Part shown: positions 13,042 through 26,444 of the stretch, piece after piece
How the letters are laid out: each line of letters opens with the position of its first letter
Numbering within the stretch: the first letter of the stretch is position 1
The notes under the pieces: generated by a model
The model's database searches: none
Told to the model about the DNA's origin: nothing
What the model saw: only the letters and a program-made list of their open reading frames with translations
Translations under genes and position numbers: made by a program
NCBI GenBank assembly: GCA_951406725.2
Contig: OX597837.1
Location: 744,001 to 808,000 of the forward strand
Origin: Octopus vulgaris
Lineage: Eukaryota
Direction of reading: 5' to 3'
Length of the DNA stretch: 64,000 bases

Positions 13042-13928
13042 ATATAAGAATGAATGTTTTTATATATAATGAACGTGAAACACAGGAAGGGACGAACACG
13101 GAACACAGACAAATCATTCGAAGCCTTCAATCTTCAGTCAGACACCGAACCATCATAGCAAATTTCGGCTGTTCAATTCTGATATTTGCTCCAATTCGGC
13201 CAGCCCCAAGAAAAAAAACTAAGCTGTAAGCATTAGATTTCTTGGTAGAAGACAGGAATGTGAACGCACAAGACGGATGTAAATACAAGAGACGAAAACG
13301 AAATTGAAAACGGTAATGAACAAACAAAACATATATAACGGTGGTTGTCATACGACTTTAGACCAAATGAGACAGAAACAACAACAACATAGCTGGCGTA
13401 GAAATAATTACCGTTTCGGTAGCGGGGACACATGTTGGTCGAGATACGAAGGCCAACAGAATGGTTTAAGAAGCAGCAGGTCGCAGGAGAGAGAGAGAGA
13501 AAGAGAGACAGAGAGAGAGGGAATCAAAGAGGGTGGAAGGCAGGGGACAGAATCAGTGACCAAGAGAAAAGGAGAAAGAAGGGATTAAGGAGGATGGGAG
13601 GAGGATGGGAGGAAGAGAGGGGAAGAATCGGAGGGCGCCAAAAAGTTTGGTGAAGAAGCAATGGCGGGCAGGAAAGACAGTGTGTATAGAAGTCGTGCAG
13701 GGTTTAAAATTGGACAAACAAACGGGGGGGTGCACGTAACGCCGCAATAATATAAGAATGAATGTTTTTATATATAATGAACGTGAAACACAGGAAGGGA
13801 CGAACACGGAACACAGACAAATCATTCGAAGCCTTCAATCTTCAGTCAGACACCGAACCATCATAGCAAATTTCGGCTGTTCAATTCTGATATTTGCTCC
13901 AATTCGGCCAGCCCCAAGAAAAAAAACT
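13042..13928 (-). mobile_element. Element with identical 179-bp direct terminal repeats (PLE pseudo-LTR-like partial tandem)
   Basis: 13042-13220 equals 13750-13928. A diverged homolog lies on the + strand at ~60510-60781. There is no ORF and no TG..CA LTR ends. Confidence 0.7.
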
Positions 13929-15514
13929 GTGTATGTAAATACACATATGTATATATACACACACACACAATCACACACATATATATATATGTACACACGT
14001 ACGATTGAGTTAATTGTTTCCCCTTATCGGAATCAACCGCAAAATATTGGTCGGTGTCGAGCTTATAGTAAAAGACACTTGCTCTAGGTGCCTTCATGTA
14101 CGGCGCAATCTAAAATAACGAGGTTACAAAATAAACTTTTCAACGTCACAACCATGCCTCTACTTATACATCTAGGTATACTACCATGCCTATCTAGGCA
14201 TACAGCCCCGTATACGTGCCTATATAGACAGCTACTGCATCGCCTATGAATACAGCAATGTCTACAGCTATACAAATAGCCCCGCATGCGCTTATGCATA
14301 TAATATATCTATGAACATCGTTTTTAGAAACCAAAACTTGAAAAATATGAAAGCTTTATCCGATTATTGCGGGGATATAGCGTAAAAAGCACCTATAGAA
14401 CTTTAACATAAATTGAAAAAATCTTTAATTAAAAAGAATGGTTTCTTCCTGAAAAATCTCAAGAATTTTGAATTTTTATTTCGAATATTTCCATTATGAA
14501 ATAAAATGTCGTTTTTCTGCTTTTACACTAAGTTTACAGAAACTGCTCGATTGATTTTGATATTTTGTATTGTCCAAAGTTCAATATCCAATGGTAATAT
14601 TCATATTTATTTGTCGATTTTTAAACAAAAAATATAAGACATCTCGTTTCTTCTCTTTTGATCGATGTTCTAACGATATAAATTTATTGATGTTTCTCAA
14701 CTTAAACGGCACCGTCGTTGGTTCAATATACTTCTTAATAACTTGTACATTAACAAGTGGCAATTTTCTACACTAAAACGATGAATCTAGAGATGTGTTT
14801 TCCAGCAAAACTACTTTTATCATGGCTTCCAGAATTACGTACCTGAACTGGATTTGAACTGGTTGAAGGCAAGAGTTTCTCTCAGCTGATGTTTGACAAA
14901 ATATATATGGCAGATCTGGATTTATAGGATAGTTGTGATGAATGGAATTGGTCTCGACAAGCTTGCAATATCTGTGTTTATTTAGGAAAATATTTTTGCA
15001 AAAACACATTCACAAGGCGCTCCAGCAAGGCCGCAGGCAGATGACTGAAACAATCAAAAGAATGAAGGAATAAAGGAATAATTATTTGACAACTCTCCTA
15101 TCAGCATCCATTGACATCGATCTCCCTCACAAATTCGTCCACAAGGCTTTGGACACTGGGCTATATTAGAAGACACTGGGCACCAGTACTACGAAATAGG
15201 ACTGAACCAGAAACCATGTGGTTACGAGGTGAATTGCTCAATCTCCGCATGCACGTTATTTTATTTTATCTTGTTTTTTTATTAATAATTTTTATCTAAT
15301 TAACATGACACTATTCGCTAATTATTCAGTAAGGCCCTGGATGTCTGTAATGGGAAAGTAGAAAGCTAATAACATAATTAGATTGATAAAAGATACAAAG
15401 AGGGGAAAAATAATTAGGGGCGTGGTAAGTGGAAAAGGGGTGAGGTACGGCGGAAGACAAGTTGCTATTTTTGACACCAACCCCGAAAAGAAAATGTTTG
15501 TGTGTGTATGTGTA

Positions 15515-15558
<44 letters not shown>

Positions 15559-16298
15559 AATGTGAAAACACGATATAAAACGTGTGAGGAAATGACAGGA
15601 GACAGATAAATTGCAAACTCAAAGGGATGGATTTATTGGTCTTATCTTTTAACAGAATTCTTTCTTTTTTTCTTTTAAGGACCTAGAAAGCCCTTAATTG
15701 GGAAGGACGTGAACAAAGAGAAAAAGAAAAATATTTGTTGCACCCAAATGAATTAATAGCACACACACACACACACACATTATCAATTCACCCATTCCCC
15801 CTAACTTTTCTCTCTTTCTCCCTTTGTCGCTTATTAGTGACGGGTGACACCGTTCTTCCTCTCTCACTCCCATACTGTCGCTGTCTGCTTCTCATTCGCC
15901 CTTGCAGAGACTGTCAACAGCAAACCCGAACACAACATATGTATTCATGTCTGTCTGTGTGTCTCTATGTCTGACTGTCTATACGTACGTACGTACGTAC
16001 GTACGTACGTACGTACGTATGTATGTATGTATGTATGTATGTATGTATGTATGTATGTATGTATGTATGTATGTATGTATGTATGTATGTATGTATGTAT
16101 GTATGTATGTGCGTCTTTTTATTTAATACTGAAAATATTATTTATGTAACGCACGTACCCAAAAGTAGATATTTACAGATGTAATTATGTGTGCGTGCGT
16201 ATATGTTTGTAGTGTGTGTGTGTGTGCGTGTGTGTGTGTATAGATGCAAGTATTGTGTATTGTATATATGTGTGTTTGTTAGTGTCATTGTATCATTC

Positions 16299-16352
<54 letters not shown>

Positions 16353-16547
16353 ACTATGTATGTGTAAATTTTTCTTTTACTTTCTCTTGGAGAATTTTTA
16401 GTCGAATATATCGACCCCATTACTTGTCTGCTTAAAGCCTGGTACTTACTCGATCAGTCTGTTGACGAACCGCTAATTTGCGGAGACGAAAACACACCAC
16501 CAGCACCGGTTGTCAAGTGGCGGTAGGGGACAACACAGACATACACG

Positions 16548-16611
<64 letters not shown>

Positions 16612-16729
16612 CGTATATACATACGACGGGCTTCTTTCAGTTTCCGTCTACTAAATCGACTCACAAGGTTTTGGTCAGGTAGCCCGAAGTCACTTGCCCA
16701 AGGTGCCACACTGGGACTGAACCTACGCT

Positions 16730-18060
16730 GATGAGAACTGGATGTAAGTCTAGGTCTTAAAGGAGGAACCAGAGAAGAGCTCAGCTGAACAATGTCCATG
16801 GAAATACTTATGGAAGAGAGACAAAGAAGACACACAACCATGATGAGGACGTGAATCCAATTTAGAAGATATATTAGGACCAATAGCATTACAAATACGG
16901 TGTTGAATGCGGTCGAACAGAGTAAAACAATCCACAGGAGCACCTGCCCACATGTGACAATAGTGCTCAATGCAGAGGCGAATTGTGGACTTATAAAGAT
17001 AAAGACTAGTCTCAGGCGTGAGATAACTCTTCAAACGAAGCTGTGGGCCTACCTCCATTGCAGCTGATTTGGAAATAGATTCAATGTAAGTCCTCCAAGA
17101 AAAATCATTACAGAAAGTCTCTCCCAGGGGACGAAGAGAATGTCTGTCAGGTAAGTCAATACCATTCATCGAAATCTATAGCAAAAAAGGATTTCTGAAG
17201 TGATTAATTGAAAGAAGTTTAGTTTTCGATGGATTGAACGTTACAAACCATTTCCTACCCCCACTCAACAAAAGATCGAAGATCATCCTTAAGGTTAGCA
17301 GCGATCTCAACCTTATCAAACAAGTCGTCAGATTTGTCCAAACAAGAGAACAAAGTAGTCATCAGCATAGATTACTAGCTGACAGATGATATGATCAGGC
17401 AGATCATTGATAAAATGAGGAAATAGAGTTTGGCCCAGAAAAGATCCTTGAGGAACCTCAGCATTAATAGAATGACTAGATGAAGATTGACCATCAAGAA
17501 TAACCTTAATCCTATGGTCATAAAGGAAAGAAGAGATGATGTTTAGCATGAAACCTGACATACCAAAGGATTGGAACTTCCATATAAGTCAAACATGCCC
17601 AAACCTATCAGATGCCTTAGAGATATCAAGAGCAACTACCCCAGTATGAACAGATACATTCAAGGCACGATAAAACTGCTCAGATATAACAGTGAGAAGA
17701 TCAGCAGTAGAGCGTCCGGCACGAAAACCATATTGAGAGTCGGAGAATAAACGATTTGAGTCAAGATATTTTACAAGAGAGTCATTAATCAAGCACTGAA
17801 AAACCTTACTGATGATTGGTAGTAGACTAATTGGTCTATAATTACAAGGATTAGATTGATCACCGCAGTTCTTAAAGGCAGGAAAACTGTTGGAAATTTC
17901 TATAAAGAAGGAAAATAAGATTCTGAAATACACTTTCGGAAGAGCCTAGATAAGATAGAAGACAACTCAGGAGAATGTTTCTGAAGAACAATGACGGGAA
18001 TACCATCAGGTCCAGTTGCTTTACATGGACCCAACCGCTGCAACCTTAGCAGAAGTAATA
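16730..18060 (-). pseudogene. CR1/L2/Jockey-group LINE reverse transcriptase pseudogene
   Basis: NYRPISLLPIISKVF, QYGFRAGRSTAD, VALDISKA, VPQGSFLG..LF..FINDLP, YADD and LYKSTIR..EH..H.W are spread over three frames. Confidence 0.95.
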
Positions 18061-18144
18061 TGACAACAGTTTATCAGTTTTGAAAATAATACAACAGAAA
18101 GTGGATGACTAGAATCATTGAGGATAGAGTGAGAACTATTGTAT

Positions 18145-18244
<100 letters not shown>

Positions 18245-18287
18245 AAATTTCTTTTTAGTTTCTCTTGGAGAATTTTTAGTTGAATAT

Positions 18288-18640
18288 AGGCTGATTTAGT
18301 GACAACTAAATCAGCCTCTATTCAAGCCAGTAAGCTAGGTAGGAGTACGAAGCCGGGCGTTAGGTAAACCCATCTATTCCTAATCCCATCAACGAATGTT
18401 GCTAACCAAAAGAGCACCATCCTACCCTACAACAGTAGTTCCTCCACCCTTTGACGGGTCTTATTTTTAGTCCCTTGGGGTGTCCAACAATCTCCCTCCT
18501 CACCAAGCAACCCTCGGTGGGAATTGCTAGTTTAGTCGCCGACGACCCGACTAAATAACTGGTTGTACTGGTTTACATGGTACCAACAACGTTCGTGAGC
18601 TTCAGGTTTCAACTTGCCTGTTTGACTTAACTCCCTTTGT
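18288..18640 (-). mobile_element. Structured GC-richer segment resembling an RTE-type LINE 5' UTR
   Basis: Hairpins AGGCTGATTTAGT-GACA-ACTAAATCAGCCT (18288-18317) and TTTAGTCG..CGACTAAA (~18531-18555). The family assignment is from recalled resemblance only. Confidence 0.4.
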
Positions 18641-19579
18641 CTAGGACGTGAAAGTGTGTCTATTTGTGTGAGAGTATGTATGCGTATATGTATGTGTGTT
18701 ACAAGGCGGTGAGCAGGCAGAACCGTTATAACGCCGGACAAAATGGTTAACGATGTTTCTTCCGTAGTTTTTCGTTCTCAGGTCAACTTTGCCTCTCATT
18801 CTCTCGGCGTCGTTGGGCTCGATGTAATTCACTGCCCCGACCTCCTCATTTCCCTAGCTTTAAGTGAAGATCTTTGTGTCAAAATGTATGTTACATAGTG
18901 GACGCTGCAATGGATGAGTAATTTAGAATATTTCTTCTCGACTACGAGGTCCCGGGTTCAATCTCATTTCGAGTTTACTTAGGCAAATATAACTTGAGAG
19001 CGAAATAGCGTATGCGGAAACTGTATAGAAGCCCGTCGAATAGATCATACCTTGTATATAAAGGTAAAGCCTTGTCACACTCTGTGTCATGCTGGTTCGG
19101 CCGGAGAATTAAGTAAATGGTACACGTATCCGTGGAGTACTCAGCCATTTAACTGTTAAATCAATGAGTTTAAACGATTAGACAATAAATCCTCATTGTT
19201 AAGACCGATGAAGAGCGTGAATTATATACGTATGTATCAATGCACGATGGGGGAGTAAGGCCTGGTGCTTAGGATGCTGCACTCACAGTCGCGAGATCAG
19301 GGTTTCGATTTCCAGACTGGGTGGTGTGTTGAGTTCTTGAGCAAAGCACATCACGGGTCAAACACGCTTGACCTATGGTACACAGTGCACCAGCTCAGGC
19401 AACATCGATTTGATGTCGGGTGCAAGCTAATGTACGGCGCATACATTTGACCACGATAAACAAATCATTTGTGTCAGGTCGTTCAGCAAAACAGTCTTTC
19501 TCGGACTAAGAGTGACGAGCACCATATTATATATGTGCGAATATATGAATACATACATTCACACACGCACGCACACACA

Positions 19580-19698
<119 letters not shown>

Positions 19699-19715
19699 TT
19701 ATCTATCTATCTATA

Positions 19716-19755
<40 letters not shown>

Positions 19756-19808
19756 TCTATCTATCAATCTATCTATCTATCTATCAATCTACCTACCTAC
19801 CTATCTAT

Positions 19809-19894
<86 letters not shown>

Positions 19895-20195
19895 TTCTAT
19901 CTATCTATCTATCACGAAGAAATGGATGGAGATGCTTTATATAATATCAAAATGTATCATATACATCCACACACATAGATACACACATAAACACATAATA
20001 CATACACTCAACTATCATAAATCTTAATATATTATATAACGCCTCTTCATCGCTCGGTTTTACATAACACGTTCTTGTTTGTACCACCAACACCACCACC
20101 ACCACCATCACACACACCACATGTTTTCCTAATACGTTTGTAACATGTTTTTGCTTGTATGAATGGACCTTCTCCAGTGGCAAGAAATACAACAA

Positions 20196-20283
<88 letters not shown>

Positions 20284-21027
20284 CATTATTATTATTATTA
20301 CCATTATTATTATTATTGTTGCTATCATTGATGCTACATATTTCATGGAAACCAATCCGTGTTCATTGTGGAACCGAAAGCGAACCTAAAATGGATTACA
20401 ATGCTAAAATGGTAAATCAAAGAATATTCCTGCGACATTCTTGGATAGAATCGGATGTGACTTGTTTGACAGAAGGTTATAGATCTGGCGAAAAGCGGAA
20501 TCAGCTTTGATGCGATTTGACATTCTTTCATAGCGGAGAGTCTACTATATATAAGTTTGTTGGCAGAAAGGAATGAGGCATTGGAGAGAGAGAGAGGGAG
20601 GAGATAAGAGAGATAGAGAAATATGGAGGGAGATAAAGGGAGGCAGAGAGAGAGAGAGATAGAGAAATTTGGGGGGAGATAAAGGGAGGCAGAGAGAGAG
20701 AGAGAGAGAGAGAGAAAGACGGAGGGAGAGAGAGGGGGAAAGGCAGGGAGAGAAAGAGAGAGAGAGAAAATGAGAAATATATAGTTGAAATAAAGTGAGA
20801 TACATACATGCAGAGCAAGAGAGGGGGGAAACAGATAAAAAGAGAGACAGAGAGAGAAGAAAGAGGGAGAGGTGGAGGAGAGAAAATTGGTGTTGATGCG
20901 AGAGGAGTTGACAGAAAGAGAAACATATGCAAGGATGGAGAGAAAGAGGAATGGATGATAGATGTGCGGTTGTGTGTGTTTGCATGTTAACTGTGGACGC
21001 GTTGGTATGAATGTCAGGCGATATATG

Positions 21028-21059
<32 letters not shown>

Positions 21060-21119
21060 TGTATGTACTTTTGTTCATTTATACGGTTAAGCCCAAATTC
21101 TGTGGCCATACTGGGGCAC

Positions 21120-21415
21120 CGTCGGTGTTATCACCTTTTCAATAACCATTCTTTTGTGGTTGGCTTTTGGTGAAGCGGGGAGTTCGATATTGCAGACTTC
21201 TTTTGAGTCTCTTGCCATGATTTAGGATCTTCTGAGAGTTTGGTCAGCAAGAGGTCAAGATGCTTCTTGAAAACGTCTAGCCCCTACCTTATGCCGATCT
21301 CTCAGATGTTTTGGCAAGATATTAAATAGCCGTGGGGGCTTTTCAATGCCAAGGTATTGCAGTTGCATGGTCCTCACTCTAGACGAGATGGCCGGGACTT
21401 TTGGAACTGGGCAGT
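21120..21415 (-). pseudogene. CR1-group LINE 3' fragment
   Basis: PRLFNILPKHLRD...FKKHLDLLL. Same family type as 55400-56105. Confidence 0.75.
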
Positions 21416-21428
21416 ACACACACACACA

Positions 21429-21463
<35 letters not shown>

Positions 21464-21509
21464 GTATAAAACAATATTCCTGTATTTACGTCATTGTGTC
21501 ATTAACTCT

Positions 21510-22169
21510 TCAAGGTGTAGACAAGTGACCACCACCGCCACCGCCGCCACCACCACCACCACCACCACCACCACCACCACCACCACCACCGCCGCCATCA
21601 CCACCACTGCCACCGTCACCACCACCACCACCGCCGCCGCCACCATCACCACCACCGCCACCATCATCATCGTCTTCGTCATCATTGTCTTCTTTTTCTT
21701 CCTCTGCTTTGGTGATTATCATCATCAGCATCTGCAGCAGCATCCGCGTCATGTATGCCCGACCTGGTTGGTGTGAAGAGATAGACATTTCCAAAGGACT
21801 GACCATACTGGAGCAATCCAGGTTCTCAAGAGGAGGGCGCAGATGACTGGCACAGGTAGAATGTAGCCTCGAACCACAGTCCCCACCACCACAACCACCA
21901 CTACGACCATTACAATCACCAGCACCGACAACAACAACAAGACTGCCACCACTTCTGTCACCACCACCGCCGCCGCCACAACCGCCACAACCACCACGGC
22001 CGCCTCCACAACTGCCACGACCGCCACCATCGCCACCATCCAGAACAAGAACAAGCTGAACAACGTCAATGGCAATAAATTTAGCTCCAAATCTAGCCTG
22101 ATTGATCACGACTGACGAAAGATATTCCATCCCTGCCCACCCTGCCTGTCTGTTTACCCTAACACTCAT
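21510..22169. repeat. GC-rich (ACC/GCC)n low-complexity island with a unique core; 219-aa Gly-rich ORF on minus strand of doubtful reality
   Basis: Trinucleotide tracts 21527-21680 and 21880-22040 flank ~170 bp of unique sequence. No recognisable domain. Confidence 0.5.
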
Positions 22170-22242
22170 GCTGTGCTTTCTAATTTATTTTTTTAACAAT
22201 GTAAAATATAATTTGGAGGAGATTTATCTTGTGGCCTATTGC

Positions 22243-22697
22243 TAAGGCGATGAGCTGCCAGAATCGTTAGTGCGTCGAACAAAATGCTTAGCGGCATTTC
22301 TACCGTTGCTTTACATTTTGGAGTTAAAATTTACACTGTTCATTTCCGCCTTTCGCTCTCTCGGGGTCGATAAATTAAGTACCTAGGATTGATGTAATTG
22401 ACTGATCCCCTCCCTCAAAATTCCAGTTCTTGTGCCTTTAGAAGAAAGGATTGTTATTATTATTATTAACAATAATAACAATCCTTTCTTCTAAAGGTAC
22501 AAGGAATAAAATTTGGTGGAAGAGGATGAGTCGATTACATCGACCCCAGTGCTCCACTGGTACGTATTTTATCGATTCCGAAAGGATGAAAGGTAAAGCC
22601 GACCCCGGCGGAATTTGAATTCAGAATGTAACGATGGATGAAATGCCGCTAAGCATTTCTTCGGCGTGCTAACGATTCTGCCAACTCACCGCCTTAA
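22243..22697. mobile_element. Tail-to-tail inverted SINE pair
   Basis: The + copy is 22243-22467 and the - copy is 22471-22697. The tails 22429-22461 and 22471-22503 are reverse complements with 1 mismatch. Confidence 0.9.
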
Positions 22698-22705
22698 AAA
22701 GTATG

Positions 22706-22777
22706 GAATGTGGCCGGGAATCGAAAATCGGTCTCTCGCGAGACAGGCGGGGATATTTACCACTATACTACCGAGGA
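22706..22777 (-). pseudogene. tRNA-Asp(GTC) pseudogene
   Basis: The minus strand reads TCCTCGGTAGTATAGTGGTAAATATCCCCGCCTGTCTCGCGAGAGACCGATTTTCGATTCCCGG, close to conserved eukaryotic tRNA-Asp. The T-stem is damaged and the 3' acceptor strand is absent. Confidence 0.85.
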
Positions 22778-23508
22778 TCTCAGCGTAGTACCAATAAGCG
22801 TTTAAAGGACCTTGAAGCCTGATGGAAGGGAGGTAGGAAGTATTCTGAAATCGGAAAGCAGGTCCTAATGCCGCCGACGAGGCTAATGGCGGCCCTGGTA
22901 GCATATGAAGTGGGGGTGCTGTGAAACCTGGGAGACGCATTAAAGCTACCAAGCAAGCGGATAAGAGCGGGATTTCACTCCAGAAAACAAAGAGAAAAAA
23001 AAGCCAGAGCAAATACTGTAAAGGCATCGAAGCCAAGGCTCTAGTTATCGACCCAGGAAAGAATGCTACAAAAATTTGATCCCTGTAAGATCTGAACTCG
23101 GAACGGAAGAAACCGCACCATATATCCCGTATTGCTTCGTCTGTCAGCGAAGTTGGTGTTTATGCCGTTGCAGGTTCTTGTGTTGCTGTTGTTGATGCTT
23201 TTTGGGTAGAGTTGTTTGTGTGTGTATACACACACACACTTAGATACACGCATATACGCCGAGAAACAAACGCACGCGCACGCACAGACATCTTTTCTGA
23301 AGCTACAAGCGAACATGTGAGAACTGACACATTTTTCCTTTGATGAAAAAAGTTACAAATTTTCTGAAATAAACTGAGAAAAACATCGACATAAACTACA
23401 CGAACAGTGCAAGAACATAAGCAAATTATTTATAACAAAAAAAAAACATTATCATACCGCACACACACGCTCTCTATCTCTCTCTGACACACATGTATAC
23501 ACACATGC

Positions 23509-23545
<37 letters not shown>

Positions 23546-23630
23546 CACATACATAAACGGTATATATACACCAATTTCTGTATATCTTATCTCTGTCAAT
23601 GCCATTTCTACACTTGTAGTTGAATAGACA

Positions 23631-23677
<47 letters not shown>

Positions 23678-23810
23678 AGAGAGAGAGAGAGAGGTAGATA
23701 GGTAGACAGACAGACAGAGATAAATAGATAGATAGAGAGTGAAAGATAAATGGAGAGAGAGAGATAAATAGATAGATATGGAGAGAGATAGAGAGATAGA
23801 TGGATGGATG

Positions 23811-23860
<50 letters not shown>

Positions 23861-23939
23861 GAGAGATAAATAGAGATAAACAGAGATGGAGATAAATAGA
23901 TAGATAGAGAGATAAATAGAGAGATAGAGATAGAGATAG

Positions 23940-24014
<75 letters not shown>

Positions 24015-26376
24015 CATACAGTTAGCTGTGGAGTCTGGCAGATATGATAGCAACATTATTTTTGCTGCCATTGTAATTCTATATTCTGAGAAGCAAGTCT
24101 TTGTCGAAAGTAGTTGTCACAGTTAATCAGATATAAAAAGTATCAACATTTGTATATAAGAAGACAATACGATCAAATGAATGGCTTTGAACTTTTGGGA
24201 ATGAACAATAAATTTGTAGAACACAAGAGGAATGTCAGGAAGACTTTAGAAACGAATTTGACGGAATATCGTTAAAATGGGCCGAAATTTTTGTTCTGCC
24301 AATATTGTGATATTCTAAAGCGGCGAAACGTGCAGAATCGTTAGCGCACCATACAAAATGCTTTACGGCGTTTTGTCCGTCCTTACGTTCTGAGGTCTCA
24401 TTCCGCCGGGGTCAATTTTCATCCTTTCAGAGTTGATAGAATAAGTACCAGTTTGGCACTGGGGGAAGGGGTGGGGACGATGTAATCACCCTTCTCCTAA
24501 AATTCCTGGCCTTGGGCTGTAGCATGTCTTCGGTGGACGAAGATTGTTAAAATGGTTCCGTACAAACACTGATAACCGTCACTCGCAAGCGCGAGTTGTC
24601 ACGAGAACCAATTCAGCGGATCATGGAGAATATAAGAAATGGGGGGGGGGGGCTTGAGCTTGGACGAAACAATGTTAGAAGTGGAAGGAATGTGGTTTCT
24701 AGAGTCAATCTCTGCTACTGTAATGGCTGGCAGAATATGACGACTCCGAAGAGTCATAGTGATTCGGAGTCCTGATTCATAGTAGTCGACGGTCTTTCTA
24801 AATACATGGCAAAGAGTATAATGAGGAAGAGCCAAGCTTACAGAGTGTCTCCCTGCAGCCCGCAGTCGACTGTATTGAATGGCATATGTCTGTATGTTTC
24901 AGTGGCAGACGAGGGTCAGTCTATCTTAAGGACTTCCACACAGTTCCTTCCTACTTGATTTAACTCACAAGACTTGAGTCGACCAGAGGATACGATAGAG
25001 GACGCTCGACTAAGCAATCACGCCGCCGGACTGAATCCAGGGTTTCTTGATTGCCAAGCAAACTTCTTGAACATTCGACCTCCAAATGAACATCAACAAC
25101 AGCAACGCTAGAGAAGTGACAGAATCGTTAGCGCATGGGACTAATTAACTAACTCTGTTTGTTCCGGACGTTTGGATTCTGAGTTCAAATCTCGCAGCTG
25201 GGGTGAAATAAAGGTACCAGTCATTTACTGAGGTCGATATACTGATTTGTTCTCCTCTGCCCAAATTTGTAGTATTGTGCCTTTGTTATTTATAATAGCA
25301 ATAGAAATACACAATAGTAGTTCCTAGCAGGAGGGGAGCTTCTATGCAATCACTTGCCCTGCTAGAAATAACAGCTAAATTTCTCCCATTTTATTTTTCT
25401 GTTATCTAAGGGTACATATGATGCTGTGACACAGCTATATAAAAATGAGGAGATGGCTCAGGCTGGAACGCTTCTGATGATTTTTGTGTTACTTAATGTT
25501 GGCCTGGTCTCTAAAGAGAGATAAAAACGAATAAATGAAGGAGGTTCTATGCGGTAAGTTCGAAATGTTTGCTAGAAATGGTATTCAAATCTGTCTGCCT
25601 GTACCCACACCTTATTATGCTAGGTGAGGTGTGGACACACTAGCCATTATAGTCTTAAGTCAGAAGGAATGAAGGACACTGTTGGAATGTTTTTGATCAT
25701 AGCTCTTCTTGATAAGTATTAACAACAACAGCAGCAGAAACAGAAGCAGCAGCGACAACAGCAATAGTCGCAAGAAGCTAAACCCTGTTCAAACATCCAA
25801 CGCAACCGATCATGAGATCGAACTGACGAAACACTATATGTTCTCTATTGATTTTACGCAGATGCTGATCCTATTTGACGGTTGCAACTCTTGGACACAC
25901 GTGCAATCTGATTTTCTCTCACGCGAAAAGACGCGAGATTTAAGACTAAAACGTATAAAACAGCAACAGATAGCAGAACGTATTCAATTCGACACTCCAA
26001 CAGTTCCATCTTCGCCCCTGAACTTGTATTTTATTCGACTCCTATAAAGAAAAAAGATTATCCAGGTAATGGTTAACCATGACGGATTCGAACCCAGGTA
26101 TCAAATACCGCTGTTTCTAAACCTAACGACTCCGCCCTGAGGCTACAGGCGATGCGAGACGGTTCTGAAAACTTGAATCCAACATAGAACGTTAAAACAA
26201 ACCATAAAAGCTTGTATATAAATGAATATATAAATATAAATACAAATATATATATATATATGTGTGTGTGTATGTGTGTGTATATGTATATATATATATA
26301 TATACACGTATAAGTATATGTGTATTATATTAGTATATATATACATATAGACATGCATATGTGTACGTGTGTGTAT

Positions 26377-26441
<65 letters not shown>

Positions 26442-26444
26442 ATG

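Noticed and set aside
22865-22900. Possible tRNA-associated HDV-like ribozyme (GCCGCC..CCTCGT..GGCGGC on minus strand)
   Set aside because: Only 12 nt lie between the paired strands, too few for P2+P3+L3. It is a simple hairpin.
25709-26047. 112-aa ORF with acceptor-like TTTTACGCAG and a CTGACGAAAC motif
   Set aside because: No recognisable protein similarity or supported exon structure, and the motif lacks any stem II.
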